Source of the DNA: a virus
Lineage: Duplodnaviria > Caudoviricetes
Direction: 5' to 3' (one strand)
DNA length: 64,000 nucleotides
IMG/VR virus record: IMGVR_UViG_3300005281_000001
Coordinates: 30,045 to 94,044 of that record
This document shows positions 39,576-48,302 of this stretch, in pieces. Below the pieces are notes generated by a model. It searched no databases. It saw only the letters and a list, made by a program, of their open reading frames with translations, and had not been told where the DNA came from. The translations under genes were made by a program, and so were the position numbers. Within the stretch, counting starts at the first letter, position 1; every line of letters begins with the position of its first letter.

Positions 39576-39764
39576 ATGAAGAAAGTCAAAATCGAAATCG
39601 TAACAGAACACGCAGCATTCGGGGACGACGATCGAGCCAAGATTACGGAGACGGCGTACATCCTGCGCCGGCTGGCGGACCAGTTGGAAGAAGGTCTGAT
39701 GCCGCAGTTTGTACGGGACACGAACGGCAACAAATGCGGGACAGTTAAATACGTGCGCAAGTAA
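39576..39764 (+). CDS. Hypothetical early protein
   Basis: AAGGAG RBS; its first six codons are duplicated as a stub at 39103-39123. Confidence 0.7.
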   Translation: MKKVKIEIVTEHAAFGDDDRAKITETAYILRRLADQLEEGLMPQFVRDTNGNKCGTVKYVRK

Positions 39765-39832
39765 ATAATCCGAAAGCCATGAAGGAATTCAAAACCGGGA
39801 TGGCGAATAGTTAAAGAAAAGGAGATGGTACC

Positions 39833-40189
39833 ATGTTTGAGGTGATTCACACATACTCGAGGAAACAGGCAATTGAGGATGGTATTTTGATCGACGTAAC
39901 GGAGATGGCAGAGGAAGCCGGCTTCCGTTACCCGGTCGCGGTTACGCGGACGCTATGGGAGGCGCACATCAAGACAGAAGGCACGGAGCGCAGCGGCGAC
40001 ACGAACGGTCGCCTGTGGGATACGTTATGGATGCTGCGCGTAAGGCTCGCCGATCCGTCCGTGCAGGGCTCGGCAGAGACTCGCTATGAAGTCCTCTACG
40101 GCCGAAAGCGCGTCCAGCTTAAAGCCGTATGCGGTCCCGGGGACAACTACGAGCCGGTCATTACGATTATGCTGCCGGATGAAGCCTGA
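39833..40189 (+). CDS. Conserved plasmid/phage protein (DUF6573-like)
   Basis: VIHTYSRKQAIEDGILIDV...PVAVT...GRLWD.LW...GPGD..EPVITIMLPDE. Confidence 0.7.
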   Translation: MFEVIHTYSRKQAIEDGILIDVTEMAEEAGFRYPVAVTRTLWEAHIKTEGTERSGDTNGRLWDTLWMLRVRLADPSVQGSAETRYEVLYGRKRVQLKAVCGPGDNYEPVITIMLPDEA

Positions 40190-40278
40190 CGCGAGGCGGG
40201 CGACGGCCCGCCTTACAATCCGAAACCGCACCGTAAGGAAGCGGACAGGGAAAACAAACCTTAAAGGAGCTGGTAACG

Positions 40279-40752
40279 ATGAAAATCCAACCTTCGGAAG
40301 TTACGATCTCGAATCAACGCATTCCACTGTACAACCTGCTGGATCGCGTGATGGATGTCCGCGTCCGCGGCAGCTATGGATATCTTCCGCAGGAGTTGCG
40401 CGAGCGCGGAGATGTGGTCCTGACTGCGGAGTCGACCGTGCAGGAATTCCTGCTGCGCGAAGCCGATCTCGACGATGACGACGGCAGTATATACCTTGTC
40501 GGCACGGACTACTACGGCCGTGAGCTCCGCATACCAGTTGACCGCGTCGTGTACGTCACGCCGAAGTCAACACTGGATCAGGCGCAGCTTGCACGACTGA
40601 ACAGTATCTTAAGCAATCCGGTGACTGCGGAAGAGCAGGATTCCGAGCCTTTTCGGAATCTGATGGAGTTCTTTAAAGATATGCGTGATCGACTGGTCGC
40701 CGCCGGTGTGACGGAGTACGTGCCGAAACGGGCTGCGCTACACGAGATGTGA
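40279..40752 (+). CDS. Hypothetical protein
   Basis: AAGGAGCTGGTA RBS. Confidence 0.7.
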   Translation: MKIQPSEVTISNQRIPLYNLLDRVMDVRVRGSYGYLPQELRERGDVVLTAESTVQEFLLREADLDDDDGSIYLVGTDYYGRELRIPVDRVVYVTPKSTLDQAQLARLNSILSNPVTAEEQDSEPFRNLMEFFKDMRDRLVAAGVTEYVPKRAALHEM

Positions 40753-40756
40753 TCCC

Positions 40757-40840
40757 TTAGAATTTCGGGAAAGTCCTGTGTATGTTGAATGTGAGGGAAG
40801 CAAGCTCCCGCTTCCCAAAACATCAAAAGGAGCGGATAAT
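40757..40840 (+). promoter_or_regulatory. Phage promoter cassette copy 5
   Basis: TAGAAT-17-TATGTT, GGGAAGC...GCTTCCC hairpin, AAAAGGAG. Confidence 0.8.
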
Positions 40841-41221
40841 ATGTCAAAGAAAGACCTGCAAGATGTCATCAAAACGCACGGATACGTCCTGACCTTCAGC
40901 TCAGGTACGCTGAACCCGGAGCATCTGCTGGCGGTCGCGCATGACATTATCGTCGAGTACAACCTGCGCACACCACTGCTGAAAGCAATACGCGACGCCT
41001 ACCGATACAAAGACAAGCTGTATAAAAAGGAGATGCGCCGCAGTTTATGGTCGGCCGTCTACTACGGATGGGCAGAGTTGAAAGAGGACGCCGATGCGTT
41101 CGCATTGTGGGAAGACGTATGCGACTACTTCGATGATTTGGCGCCGGAAGGGTACTGCTTCGGAAGCGCTGAAGGCCGCGCCGACGATATCGGGTGGTGG
41201 CTGGTTCACGACGAGGGCTGA
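40841..41221 (+). CDS. Hypothetical early protein
   Basis: Cassette RBS; SGTL...HLL and APEGYCFG..EG...DIGWW motif. Confidence 0.7.
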   Translation: MSKKDLQDVIKTHGYVLTFSSGTLNPEHLLAVAHDIIVEYNLRTPLLKAIRDAYRYKDKLYKKEMRRSLWSAVYYGWAELKEDADAFALWEDVCDYFDDLAPEGYCFGSAEGRADDIGWWLVHDEG

Positions 41222-41270
41222 TGCCCTCGTCAACCTTCCGAACACCGGACAGGCGGAAAGGATGATCGGC

Positions 41271-41678
41271 ATGGCGAGGAAGGACCTGATTGACATGATT
41301 GCAGCAAGTGACGAGTTTGTCCTGATTGCCGACAGCGACCTGCCGGAAGGTGAGACGCTGAGAACCGATAAAACGGTGAGCCGATACGTGCTCGCAAGGG
41401 TGTATGACTTGTTTCGGAAGTACAACGTAGAACCACTGATGCGGCGGATGATTGATCGGACATTCGATTGGAGCGGAAAAGGTTCGCTGGTTGAGGCACT
41501 GGCGAAGGGTCGGGCAAGCCCGATCGACGATATCGCCGTAAATGCCGCCTATGGTAGTGTTTGGGGCTATTGCAGCAGCTTGATTCGTAATTATTCCTTC
41601 AGTATAGAGACGGAGCATGCGGACGCAGGCGCGGAAGGCACAACACGGGTGCTGTGGCGCCGAGCGTGGGATGAATGA
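41271..41678 (+). CDS. Hypothetical protein
   Basis: ORF in the early-gene array. Confidence 0.55.
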   Translation: MARKDLIDMIAASDEFVLIADSDLPEGETLRTDKTVSRYVLARVYDLFRKYNVEPLMRRMIDRTFDWSGKGSLVEALAKGRASPIDDIAVNAAYGSVWGYCSSLIRNYSFSIETEHADAGAEGTTRVLWRRAWDE

Positions 41679-41695
41679 CGAAAGGAGCTACACCC

Positions 41696-42151
41696 ATGGA
41701 AATGCTCGTAAAATTGGCAAGACGCATGACGGACCTTATGCAGACGAAGCAGAAAGTAATGCGCGAAACCATCCAGCGGTACTTCCCTAACGTTGACCTC
41801 GACAGCGTGCCGGAAGACCGCATCCGCTCGACCACTGGCACTATGCGGGTGTATTTGAGCAACCTTGAGTACATCGAGGCGGACTGGGTGAAGGGGATCG
41901 CATACAAACGCGAGACGCCGCTGGCTGTGCATCTGAGATATACTGCGAATCAGGTCGTGATGGAGACGGCGGGCAGCGATCTGCTGGTGCTTTCGCATCC
42001 GTGCGTCGATGAGATCATGGCTTACCACTTCGACAAGGCGACAGGCGAAAGCGTTCCGCGAAAGCGCAGGTGGATCAGGCTTTACGAGAGCTCGCGCGGG
42101 AAGTATGTGGTGTACCAGCGCAAGCGATACTACCTGCCGGACGAGTCATAA
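41696..42151 (+). CDS. Hypothetical protein
   Basis: AAGGAG RBS. Confidence 0.65.
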   Translation: MEMLVKLARRMTDLMQTKQKVMRETIQRYFPNVDLDSVPEDRIRSTTGTMRVYLSNLEYIEADWVKGIAYKRETPLAVHLRYTANQVVMETAGSDLLVLSHPCVDEIMAYHFDKATGESVPRKRRWIRLYESSRGKYVVYQRKRYYLPDES

Positions 42152-42178
42152 AGGTCTTATGGAGAAAGGGATGGTATA

Positions 42179-42784
42179 GTGCTGGCAATCTACATGATCC
42201 AGACGCAGCAAGATGCCTACAGCGCAGCGCGGCTGCGCCATGAGCATCTTGCGCAGGAAACCGAGGAAGCGCGGCAGCTTATGGAAACCCGCGGCCGAGA
42301 GCTCGTCCGACTTCAGAAGGTGGCACATCTGGCTGGGCTCGACTACGATCCCACGGAATGGCGGAGCGACGAACGCGACTGCACGCACCACACCAACTAT
42401 GAGCGTCATGTCGTGCACACGCTGGAGACGGCGACGCTGCTGTTTGTGGTGGCGGTAAGCACGCTGCGGGACCTGAAGCGCAAGCCGCACCGCGTAACCT
42501 ACTCGGTCCGCGAGCTCAGACTATCGAGTATGCCGGGCGAGCTCTACAATGCACACTGCAACATCATAGCCAACTTCCCGGACGTGCCGCAGGAGCAGAA
42601 GTTCCGCGACTGGGAGGAAGCCGAAAGGTACGCTCGATCCGTAATGGAACGGCTCGAGGCGAAGTACTACGAAACGCTGAACTATGAGCGCCAGACGTTC
42701 CGACTTCTGAAGGATGCGGGCATCTACTACGACAACGACGAGAAGAAGTTTGTGGTCCCAGATCAGGGTGAAACGAAAGGGTGA
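42179..42784 (+). CDS. Hypothetical protein
   Basis: Purine-rich RBS, GTG start. Confidence 0.6.
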   Translation: MLAIYMIQTQQDAYSAARLRHEHLAQETEEARQLMETRGRELVRLQKVAHLAGLDYDPTEWRSDERDCTHHTNYERHVVHTLETATLLFVVAVSTLRDLKRKPHRVTYSVRELRLSSMPGELYNAHCNIIANFPDVPQEQKFRDWEEAERYARSVMERLEAKYYETLNYERQTFRLLKDAGIYYDNDEKKFVVPDQGETKG

Positions 42785-42853
42785 TGCACAAGGCCGCGGC
42801 CCACGTGCCCGGCCTTGCTCATAATATCCACTTCAAGCGAGGGGAGAGTAAGG

Positions 42854-43213
42854 ATGGGCACGAAGGTACGAATCGGGCTGCTGAGGGCTCAGCAGGAGCG
42901 TCAACCGGCGCCGGTCGAACGCTTCCTGATTAACGATGATGTCGTTCCATTTGACCGCGCGCATCTGCTTACGTCGGAGGCTATGAAGGAACTGGTTAAG
43001 GAGGTCGGACCTGATACCGACATCTGTCTGTACATCGTAGGGTTCACCCGGGCGGTGCTCGGCGCGGTCGCCGGGTTTATGTCATCCGGCAGCCGCGCGA
43101 CGCTGCGCATCTATGAGTACAATGATGCGGTGTCAAAATACGAAACCCGCATTTCGTTCTGGGCAAGCGAACGGCCGGAAGGCGACCACTGCTACGCTAT
43201 GCATTTATGGTGA
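42854..43213 (+). CDS. Hypothetical protein (possible SAVED/CARF-like half domain)
   Basis: ICLYIVGFTRAVLGAV...LRIYEYN...KY pattern; the fold call is inference only. Confidence 0.55.
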   Translation: MGTKVRIGLLRAQQERQPAPVERFLINDDVVPFDRAHLLTSEAMKELVKEVGPDTDICLYIVGFTRAVLGAVAGFMSSGSRATLRIYEYNDAVSKYETRISFWASERPEGDHCYAMHLW

Positions 43214-43235
43214 TGCCTTAAGGGGGTATGAGGGG

Positions 43236-43538
43236 ATGGCAACTACCGTACTTCGTTACGAGCCGAAGCTGTACACGGACGGCGACTGCCTGCCGGAATC
43301 TGAGCACATGGACTGGAACGACTGCCTGCTGATCCTAAAGCCGGACCGGCTTCCGATCGAGCAGCAGCTTCCGTCTTTCCAACTGTGGAAGGGTGACGGC
43401 GGGTTCGGGTGCACGCCGGGAACTGGCGGCGACGCCGTGTTCGCGATCAGTCTGGTGACCGGGGAGCGCCGGCGCTGGCGCCGCAGCGACTTCTATGGCG
43501 TGCTGAAGCCGGCTTACCAGCGCTGGCAGGCCAACTAG
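43236..43538 (+). CDS. Hypothetical protein
   Basis: GGFGC.PG..G.AVF...GERRRWRRSDFYGVLK motif. Confidence 0.65.
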   Translation: MATTVLRYEPKLYTDGDCLPESEHMDWNDCLLILKPDRLPIEQQLPSFQLWKGDGGFGCTPGTGGDAVFAISLVTGERRRWRRSDFYGVLKPAYQRWQAN

Positions 43539-43618
43539 AATTTTAGATTTTGCCTGTGTATGTTGAATTTGAGGGGAATGCTCCATTCCCCAAAAAATCA
43601 AAAGGAGCTGATTCAAAG
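43535..43618 (+). promoter_or_regulatory. Phage promoter cassette copy 6
   Basis: TAGAAT-17-TATGTT, GGGGAATG...CATTCCCC hairpin, AAAAGGAGCTG. Confidence 0.8.
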
Positions 43619-44128
43619 ATGAACAACACGGGTATGTATTCAAGTGGTGCGTCATCCGCGGGCATTTCAGCAGACATTCCGGCGGATGAAGTTATCCGAA
43701 TCCGACAGGCCGAGATCGTGGCCGATATCGACGAGATCGATATCCGGCTGGAGGAAATCGCAAGGCAGATCGACGCGCTCGATCGTGAGCGCGGGCTGCT
43801 GGAGGAAAAACGCCGGCGGCGCCTGCTGGAGCACGATCTGTGGAACCGCTATGATCGCGGGATCATCGTTACGCAAACCACGGTCGAAATTCACGGCGGA
43901 AACATCGGCCGCAAGCGCACGGCGGACAGGCTGCCGATCGAAGAATGTCTGCGGCGCATCTTCGAAGCTGCCGGACGGCCGCTGGCGTTCAGTGAGATTC
44001 GGGAACGGCTGGAGGCGTTCGGCTACCGGTGGAACCGGTACATAAGCGCACACAATTACTTGACGCGAAAGGGTCTGCTGGAGCCTACGGGCAAGCGTGG
44101 GTTCTATAACCTGTCTCGTCGGTGGTAG
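43619..44128 (+). CDS. Coiled-coil plus winged-helix DNA-binding protein (Rok-like architecture)
   Basis: N-terminal heptad helix; C-terminal LRRIFEAAGRPL..SEI...L...GY.W...L...KRGFYNL. Confidence 0.55.
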   Translation: MNNTGMYSSGASSAGISADIPADEVIRIRQAEIVADIDEIDIRLEEIARQIDALDRERGLLEEKRRRRLLEHDLWNRYDRGIIVTQTTVEIHGGNIGRKRTADRLPIEECLRRIFEAAGRPLAFSEIRERLEAFGYRWNRYISAHNYLTRKGLLEPTGKRGFYNLSRRW

Positions 44129-44199
44129 TCCGGGCAAAGACATCATGACTCCGCGTCCGTGCTGCCCGGCTGCCGAAATCTATAAAAGGAGCTGGGAGC

Positions 44200-44529
44200 A
44201 TGGACAAGGAATTGCGTGCAGGACTGGAATTGGGACATCCTTTGACGGAGGGGCAACCATACTGGTGTACCCTGTGCAATAAGGTACACCACAGAAAACA
44301 AGGTTCCGAAGAATACGTGACGCGCACATGCTGGGTGTTCATCACGCCGGACGGCAAGATCGACACCAGCGGCGAGGCCGTGTTCAAAGTGAACATCGGA
44401 TTCTGTAACGGCGCGCACGGTCCGGTCGCCTCGCCGCCGCGGTACGCACCCGCCGGGGTTACGCCGGTGGTGCACATCCTGCCGAGATACGGGAACCACG
44501 AAGGTGAAGGCGTACCGGCCGAGGCATAA
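44200..44529 (+). CDS. Hypothetical Zn-finger protein
   Basis: AAGGAGCTGG RBS; YWCTLCNKVH. Confidence 0.6.
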   Translation: MDKELRAGLELGHPLTEGQPYWCTLCNKVHHRKQGSEEYVTRTCWVFITPDGKIDTSGEAVFKVNIGFCNGAHGPVASPPRYAPAGVTPVVHILPRYGNHEGEGVPAEA

Positions 44530-44556
44530 CAAACCTGACGAAAGGAGCTGGTAAGT

Positions 44557-44799
44557 GTGTCGCTTTACCGAGTGTCGCATAAGATGATCCATGATGCGGA
44601 GATGCAGCGCGTGCGCCTTCTGCGCCGGCATATGCACGGACCGGACAACCCGGAGTTGGATGAACTGACGGACGCGCTGTGTGCTGCCCAAAACGGGCGG
44701 GTGACCGGCAAGCAGTTTGGTACTATCCAGCGGGCTGCTGCCGCGTACTCCGTGCACCGCGACCGCGTTAACGGAAGTCAGACGGTAGTCCTTCGATAA
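44557..44799 (+). CDS. Hypothetical protein
   Basis: AAGGAGCTGGTA RBS. Confidence 0.6.
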   Translation: MSLYRVSHKMIHDAEMQRVRLLRRHMHGPDNPELDELTDALCAAQNGRVTGKQFGTIQRAAAAYSVHRDRVNGSQTVVLR

Positions 44800-44892
44800 A
44801 GCGAATAACCCGGACGGCCTGCAGCAGGCCGTCCGACCACATGAACTTGAGTAGGGGAGAGTCCCACTCCCCAGTTAAGGAGGGATGGCCGA

Positions 44893-45099
44893 ATGGCCGA
44901 GGCCGTAACGCCGTTGTTTCGGAAGTATGTGGATGGTTTTACGATAGGCGAGCTTCCGAAGACGAGCACACCGGAGGTCAACACGAAAAACTTCCGCACG
45001 CCCGGATACGTGCAGCTTGACGATGGCAGTTGGGCTCCTCAAACGGAATGCGTGCGGCTGCCGCGAGGCGGCAGGTTCGTTTGGGTCCGATTGTCATAG
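44893..45099 (+). CDS. Hypothetical protein
   Basis: AGGAGG RBS. Confidence 0.55.
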   Translation: MAEAVTPLFRKYVDGFTIGELPKTSTPEVNTKNFRTPGYVQLDDGSWAPQTECVRLPRGGRFVWVRLS

Positions 45100-45221
45100 A
45101 ATTGTACGAAAGACAGCGCTGCCATAGGAAAAAGCTGCATGCGCATCGAGATTTTACATAAATCAGACGAGACGAGAAATGATAAGATGAGATGAGGATA
45201 CGGAGATAGGAGGAACGGAGG

Positions 45222-45482
45222 GTGTCTGAAAGAGAACGCGAAAAGCAACGCCTGCAAGCAATTCGGGAGATGTCGCAGCGGCTCGACGAAATCAATCTGG
45301 AACGCCAACATCTGGAGTACTTCATTCGCTGCTGTGGAAACACGCCGAAGCTGCGGGACGATATTAAGGCGCTGCTGCAAGACCGTATCAAGGAGAGCAA
45401 GGCGGTGCACAAGCAGCTTATTCGACTGGCAACCAAACCGAAGGGATATCACACGTTGCCTATTATTGAACGCGAGGATTGA
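45222..45482 (+). CDS. Hypothetical coiled-coil protein
   Basis: AGGAGG RBS; terminator-like hairpin at about 45510-45545. Confidence 0.55.
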   Translation: MSEREREKQRLQAIREMSQRLDEINLERQHLEYFIRCCGNTPKLRDDIKALLQDRIKESKAVHKQLIRLATKPKGYHTLPIIERED

Positions 45483-45546
45483 TCAATAACGGGTTAATTT
45501 TTTGAGTAGGGCGCAGGTTCATCTTCCGAACTTGCGCTTTTATTCT

Positions 45547-45599
45547 ACTGTTTAAATTTGTCCAAAGTTGTTGATTTTTGTTCACGTTTGGTGTAAGAT
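45547..45599 (+). promoter_or_regulatory. sigmaA promoter with 10-bp repeats
   Basis: ACTGTTTAAA TTTGTCCAAA GTTG-TTGATT-17 bp-TAAGAT. Confidence 0.75.
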
Positions 45600-45628
45600 G
45601 GTGGCATAACATAAAGGAGGTATTTTCG

Positions 45629-46246
45629 ATGGCAGTCATTACAAAGCAGGCCGTTCGAGACTGGATTGAGAAGATGGTGGTTACCCGGAGAAAGGAAGTC
45701 TATCAAGAGATCGGCGACATCGTCGATGAGCGCCTGAATCCGGTGCTGGATGAGCTCGTTGCCGCGCTTCCGGGTGTGGATAAGCTGGAGGAAGCCGGGC
45801 GGTCGTTTTACCGCGCAGTGGAGGCATACGCAGATCAGCCGTATTTCAGGGACTATCAGCACGTTGTCCAACACATGCTACACACCGCAGAGCGTTACGG
45901 AGAGAATATCAAGAAGCTTATCCGGCATGACATCCGCACGCGCGTTGTGAACTACGCCAGCGGCGGAAACGCCATCACGACTCAGGATACTTGCGGTTCG
46001 GAGGCGGTTGTGGCGCTGGCGCATGAGATCGCCCGGGAGCTCAGACCGAAGTACAACATAATCAACGATTTGAGCAGGCTTCACAAGGAGCTGCAAAACA
46101 TCGTTTCGCAGGCTGCAAGCGGTAAGGAAGCCCTGAAGCTGCTGCAGGAGGCCGGCGTCGACACATCGAGCTTTACGGTCGAGCAGCGTAACTTACCGGT
46201 TGCTGTGAATCTGTCGGTTGATCCGAAAATTCTGGCAAGTGTGTAA
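45629..46246 (+). CDS. Hypothetical alpha-helical protein
   Basis: AAGGAGG RBS. Confidence 0.7.
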   Translation: MAVITKQAVRDWIEKMVVTRRKEVYQEIGDIVDERLNPVLDELVAALPGVDKLEEAGRSFYRAVEAYADQPYFRDYQHVVQHMLHTAERYGENIKKLIRHDIRTRVVNYASGGNAITTQDTCGSEAVVALAHEIARELRPKYNIINDLSRLHKELQNIVSQAASGKEALKLLQEAGVDTSSFTVEQRNLPVAVNLSVDPKILASV

Positions 46247-46273
46247 ATCACGAGATAAAGGAGAGTACTCAAC

Positions 46274-46675
46274 ATGCCGAAAGTAATGCAGACCATCATC
46301 GACATCTTCAAGCGTTTTTCGCCTCAACCGGAAATGCAATCTTCCGAAGGCAGACCGATCGGAGCAAGTCGGGCGGTCGACGAAGACCAACTCATCGACG
46401 AAGCGTCGAAGGAGTTCTCGGCCGCGGTGGCGGAGCTCCACAGCGCGCAGCGCTTCATGGACAATGTCGATCCGCAGGATGTGCGCATGGTCGACGAAGC
46501 CATTGCCCGCCTGAACGTGGCCCGGCTCCGCGTAGACAATGCCACGCGCCGGTTGAAGACGCTGCTCGGGATTCCGCTTCAGGAGCACCGGCCGCAGGAG
46601 CAAGTTATTACGGAGCGTATTTCGGCCGCGTTGAAAATGCCATCTTCGGAAGATGGCGCTCACGCCGTTTGCTGA
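46274..46675 (+). CDS. Hypothetical protein (YaaL/DUF2508-like)
   Basis: ELHSAQRFMDNVDP...VDEAIARLNVARLR. Confidence 0.6.
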   Translation: MPKVMQTIIDIFKRFSPQPEMQSSEGRPIGASRAVDEDQLIDEASKEFSAAVAELHSAQRFMDNVDPQDVRMVDEAIARLNVARLRVDNATRRLKTLLGIPLQEHRPQEQVITERISAALKMPSSEDGAHAVC

Positions 46676-46689
46676 TGGAGGGAAGCGGG

Positions 46690-47622
46690 ATGGCAAGACT
46701 TGAAGGCATGCTGCTGCTCGACTTTGAAACGACCGGCGTCGGCCCGGATAAAGACCTACCGGTTGAGGTATGCGCCGTTCGGTTCGTGGGTGACAAGCAG
46801 GTGTCCATCCTCGATACGCTGATTTACTACCCGCAGGATAAGCCGTGGACGGATGCGCTGGAGATGGGCCACCACTCGCGGCAGGACCTGCTGCAAGGGC
46901 TGGATGAGCGGACGGTCGCCGCCTACATGTTCCAGCTTCTGAAGCAGGCGGTTGACGCCGGACATCCGCTGGTCGCCTACAACGTTTTGTTCGACGCATC
47001 GTTCCTGTACAAGATGCTGACGCGGCATTTCAGCGTCGACGAAATCGCCGGCGTGTTCCAACGGATGAATATGCTGGACCCGCTGACCATCGTCCGCGAG
47101 CGGGAGCCGTACCCGCACCGGCTATCGGAGGTCTGCCTGCGCCGCGGCATTCAACTCGTCGACGCGCATCGGGCGCTGGATGATGCGCTGGCTATGGCTG
47201 AGCTCGTGGAACAACTCGGTTCGGAAGTTGACTTGAGGTCCTACATCAACCGGATCGGCTTCAACCGTCAGTACGGCGTCCCGCCGTATGTACAGGAATG
47301 GGCGCCGCCGCATGTGGAGCTCGTACCGCAGGGGTCCGTCACGATCTACAAACACGCCGATGGCCGTGTCTCGCGGCAGCGACACATCGGCCGGCCGTAT
47401 CAGCAGAAGATTATGGGCAAACCGGTTCCGCCGAATCGGCCGGTTGTCATGTCGCCGGGAGCAGGTGCCGGGAGCGGTAATAAGCCGCCGTATGGTGTCC
47501 CGGGACGGCCGCCGGCAATTATAGGGTCCATTACGTGGCCGCAGCCCGCACCGAATGTCAAGTTTACGATGCCTGATAAATCACAGACCGAAGGGAGTTC
47601 GAACGACAATGCCGATGTTTGA
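46690..47622 (+). CDS. DEDDh 3'-5' exonuclease (DnaQ-like) with Pro-rich tail
   Basis: LDFETTG, VAYNVLFD, AHRALDD. Confidence 0.88.
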   Translation: MARLEGMLLLDFETTGVGPDKDLPVEVCAVRFVGDKQVSILDTLIYYPQDKPWTDALEMGHHSRQDLLQGLDERTVAAYMFQLLKQAVDAGHPLVAYNVLFDASFLYKMLTRHFSVDEIAGVFQRMNMLDPLTIVREREPYPHRLSEVCLRRGIQLVDAHRALDDALAMAELVEQLGSEVDLRSYINRIGFNRQYGVPPYVQEWAPPHVELVPQGSVTIYKHADGRVSRQRHIGRPYQQKIMGKPVPPNRPVVMSPGAGAGSGNKPPYGVPGRPPAIIGSITWPQPAPNVKFTMPDKSQTEGSSNDNADV

Positions 47623-47797
47623 AGGACGCTTTTACACTGCACGGGAAATCCTGTGCGCGGACTGTCACGAACTGTACGCCTCCAGCGGGCAGGAGATCAC
47701 CGCGCACGACGCCTGCCCGACCTGCCGGGATAGCATGCTGTCGCTGGAGGTCTCCGCGCTGGGGCCGGAGGACGAGGGAGGCGACGCCAATGGGTGA
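47609..47797 (+). CDS. Small Zn-ribbon protein
   Basis: CADC...CPTC. Confidence 0.55.
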   Translation: MPMFEGRFYTAREILCADCHELYASSGQEITAHDACPTCRDSMLSLEVSALGPEDEGGDANG

Positions 47798-48302
47798 CCT
47801 TCAGGAGTACCGGAATTTCGATGATCCGATCGAAGTTGCGCATCGTATCGTGCAAGGCTTTCGAAGCTTCAGGGACCAGTATGATCGAGCATATGAGGCC
47901 ATCAACCGGTCGGACCACGAACTTCAAGACCTGCTGCACGAAATCGAGATGCTTGACCTTTCAGAGGGCGCCGCGCTGGAGACATTCAACGCGCTGCGAC
48001 AGAACCGCGTCGAGCGCCGGGAGGCAAAGCAGCTCATGCAGGTCGGCAAGCCCTTGTACGACTTAGTGCGCCGCAATCATAAAGTTATCGCGGAACTGGA
48101 TACGGTACTGAGGTCCATGCAGAACATCGAAAGCCGCATGCGCTTCAGCATCTACAGCCCGCGCATACGGAAGGAAAAGCTCGACGCCTTTATCAACCTG
48201 ACGGCCCGGGCGTCCGGCAAGACGCCTGAAGAAATCCGCACCATGCTGGCGGAGATTGGAGAGGTTGACGATGACGAAACCGATGATGCCGCAAATGGAT
48301 AA
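47790..48302 (+). CDS. Hypothetical protein
   Basis: GGAGG RBS; QDLLHEIE...R..RR..K...YSPRI motif. Confidence 0.7.
   Translation: MGDLQEYRNFDDPIEVAHRIVQGFRSFRDQYDRAYEAINRSDHELQDLLHEIEMLDLSEGAALETFNALRQNRVERREAKQLMQVGKPLYDLVRRNHKVIAELDTVLRSMQNIESRMRFSIYSPRIRKEKLDAFINLTARASGKTPEEIRTMLAEIGEVDDDETDDAANG

Larger units (their letters stand above)
39005..39593 (+). repeat. 116-bp direct repeat (39005-39120 and 39478-39593) flanking a 357-bp low-GC insert
   Basis: Copies differ at one position (aaggaTctgg vs aaggaGctgg). Confidence 0.92.

Noticed and set aside
44800-44890. tRNA or riboswitch in the hairpin-rich gap
   Set aside because: Two simple stems only, with no cloverleaf, T-loop or recognisable aptamer. 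More likely a terminator or mRNA-stabilising leader.
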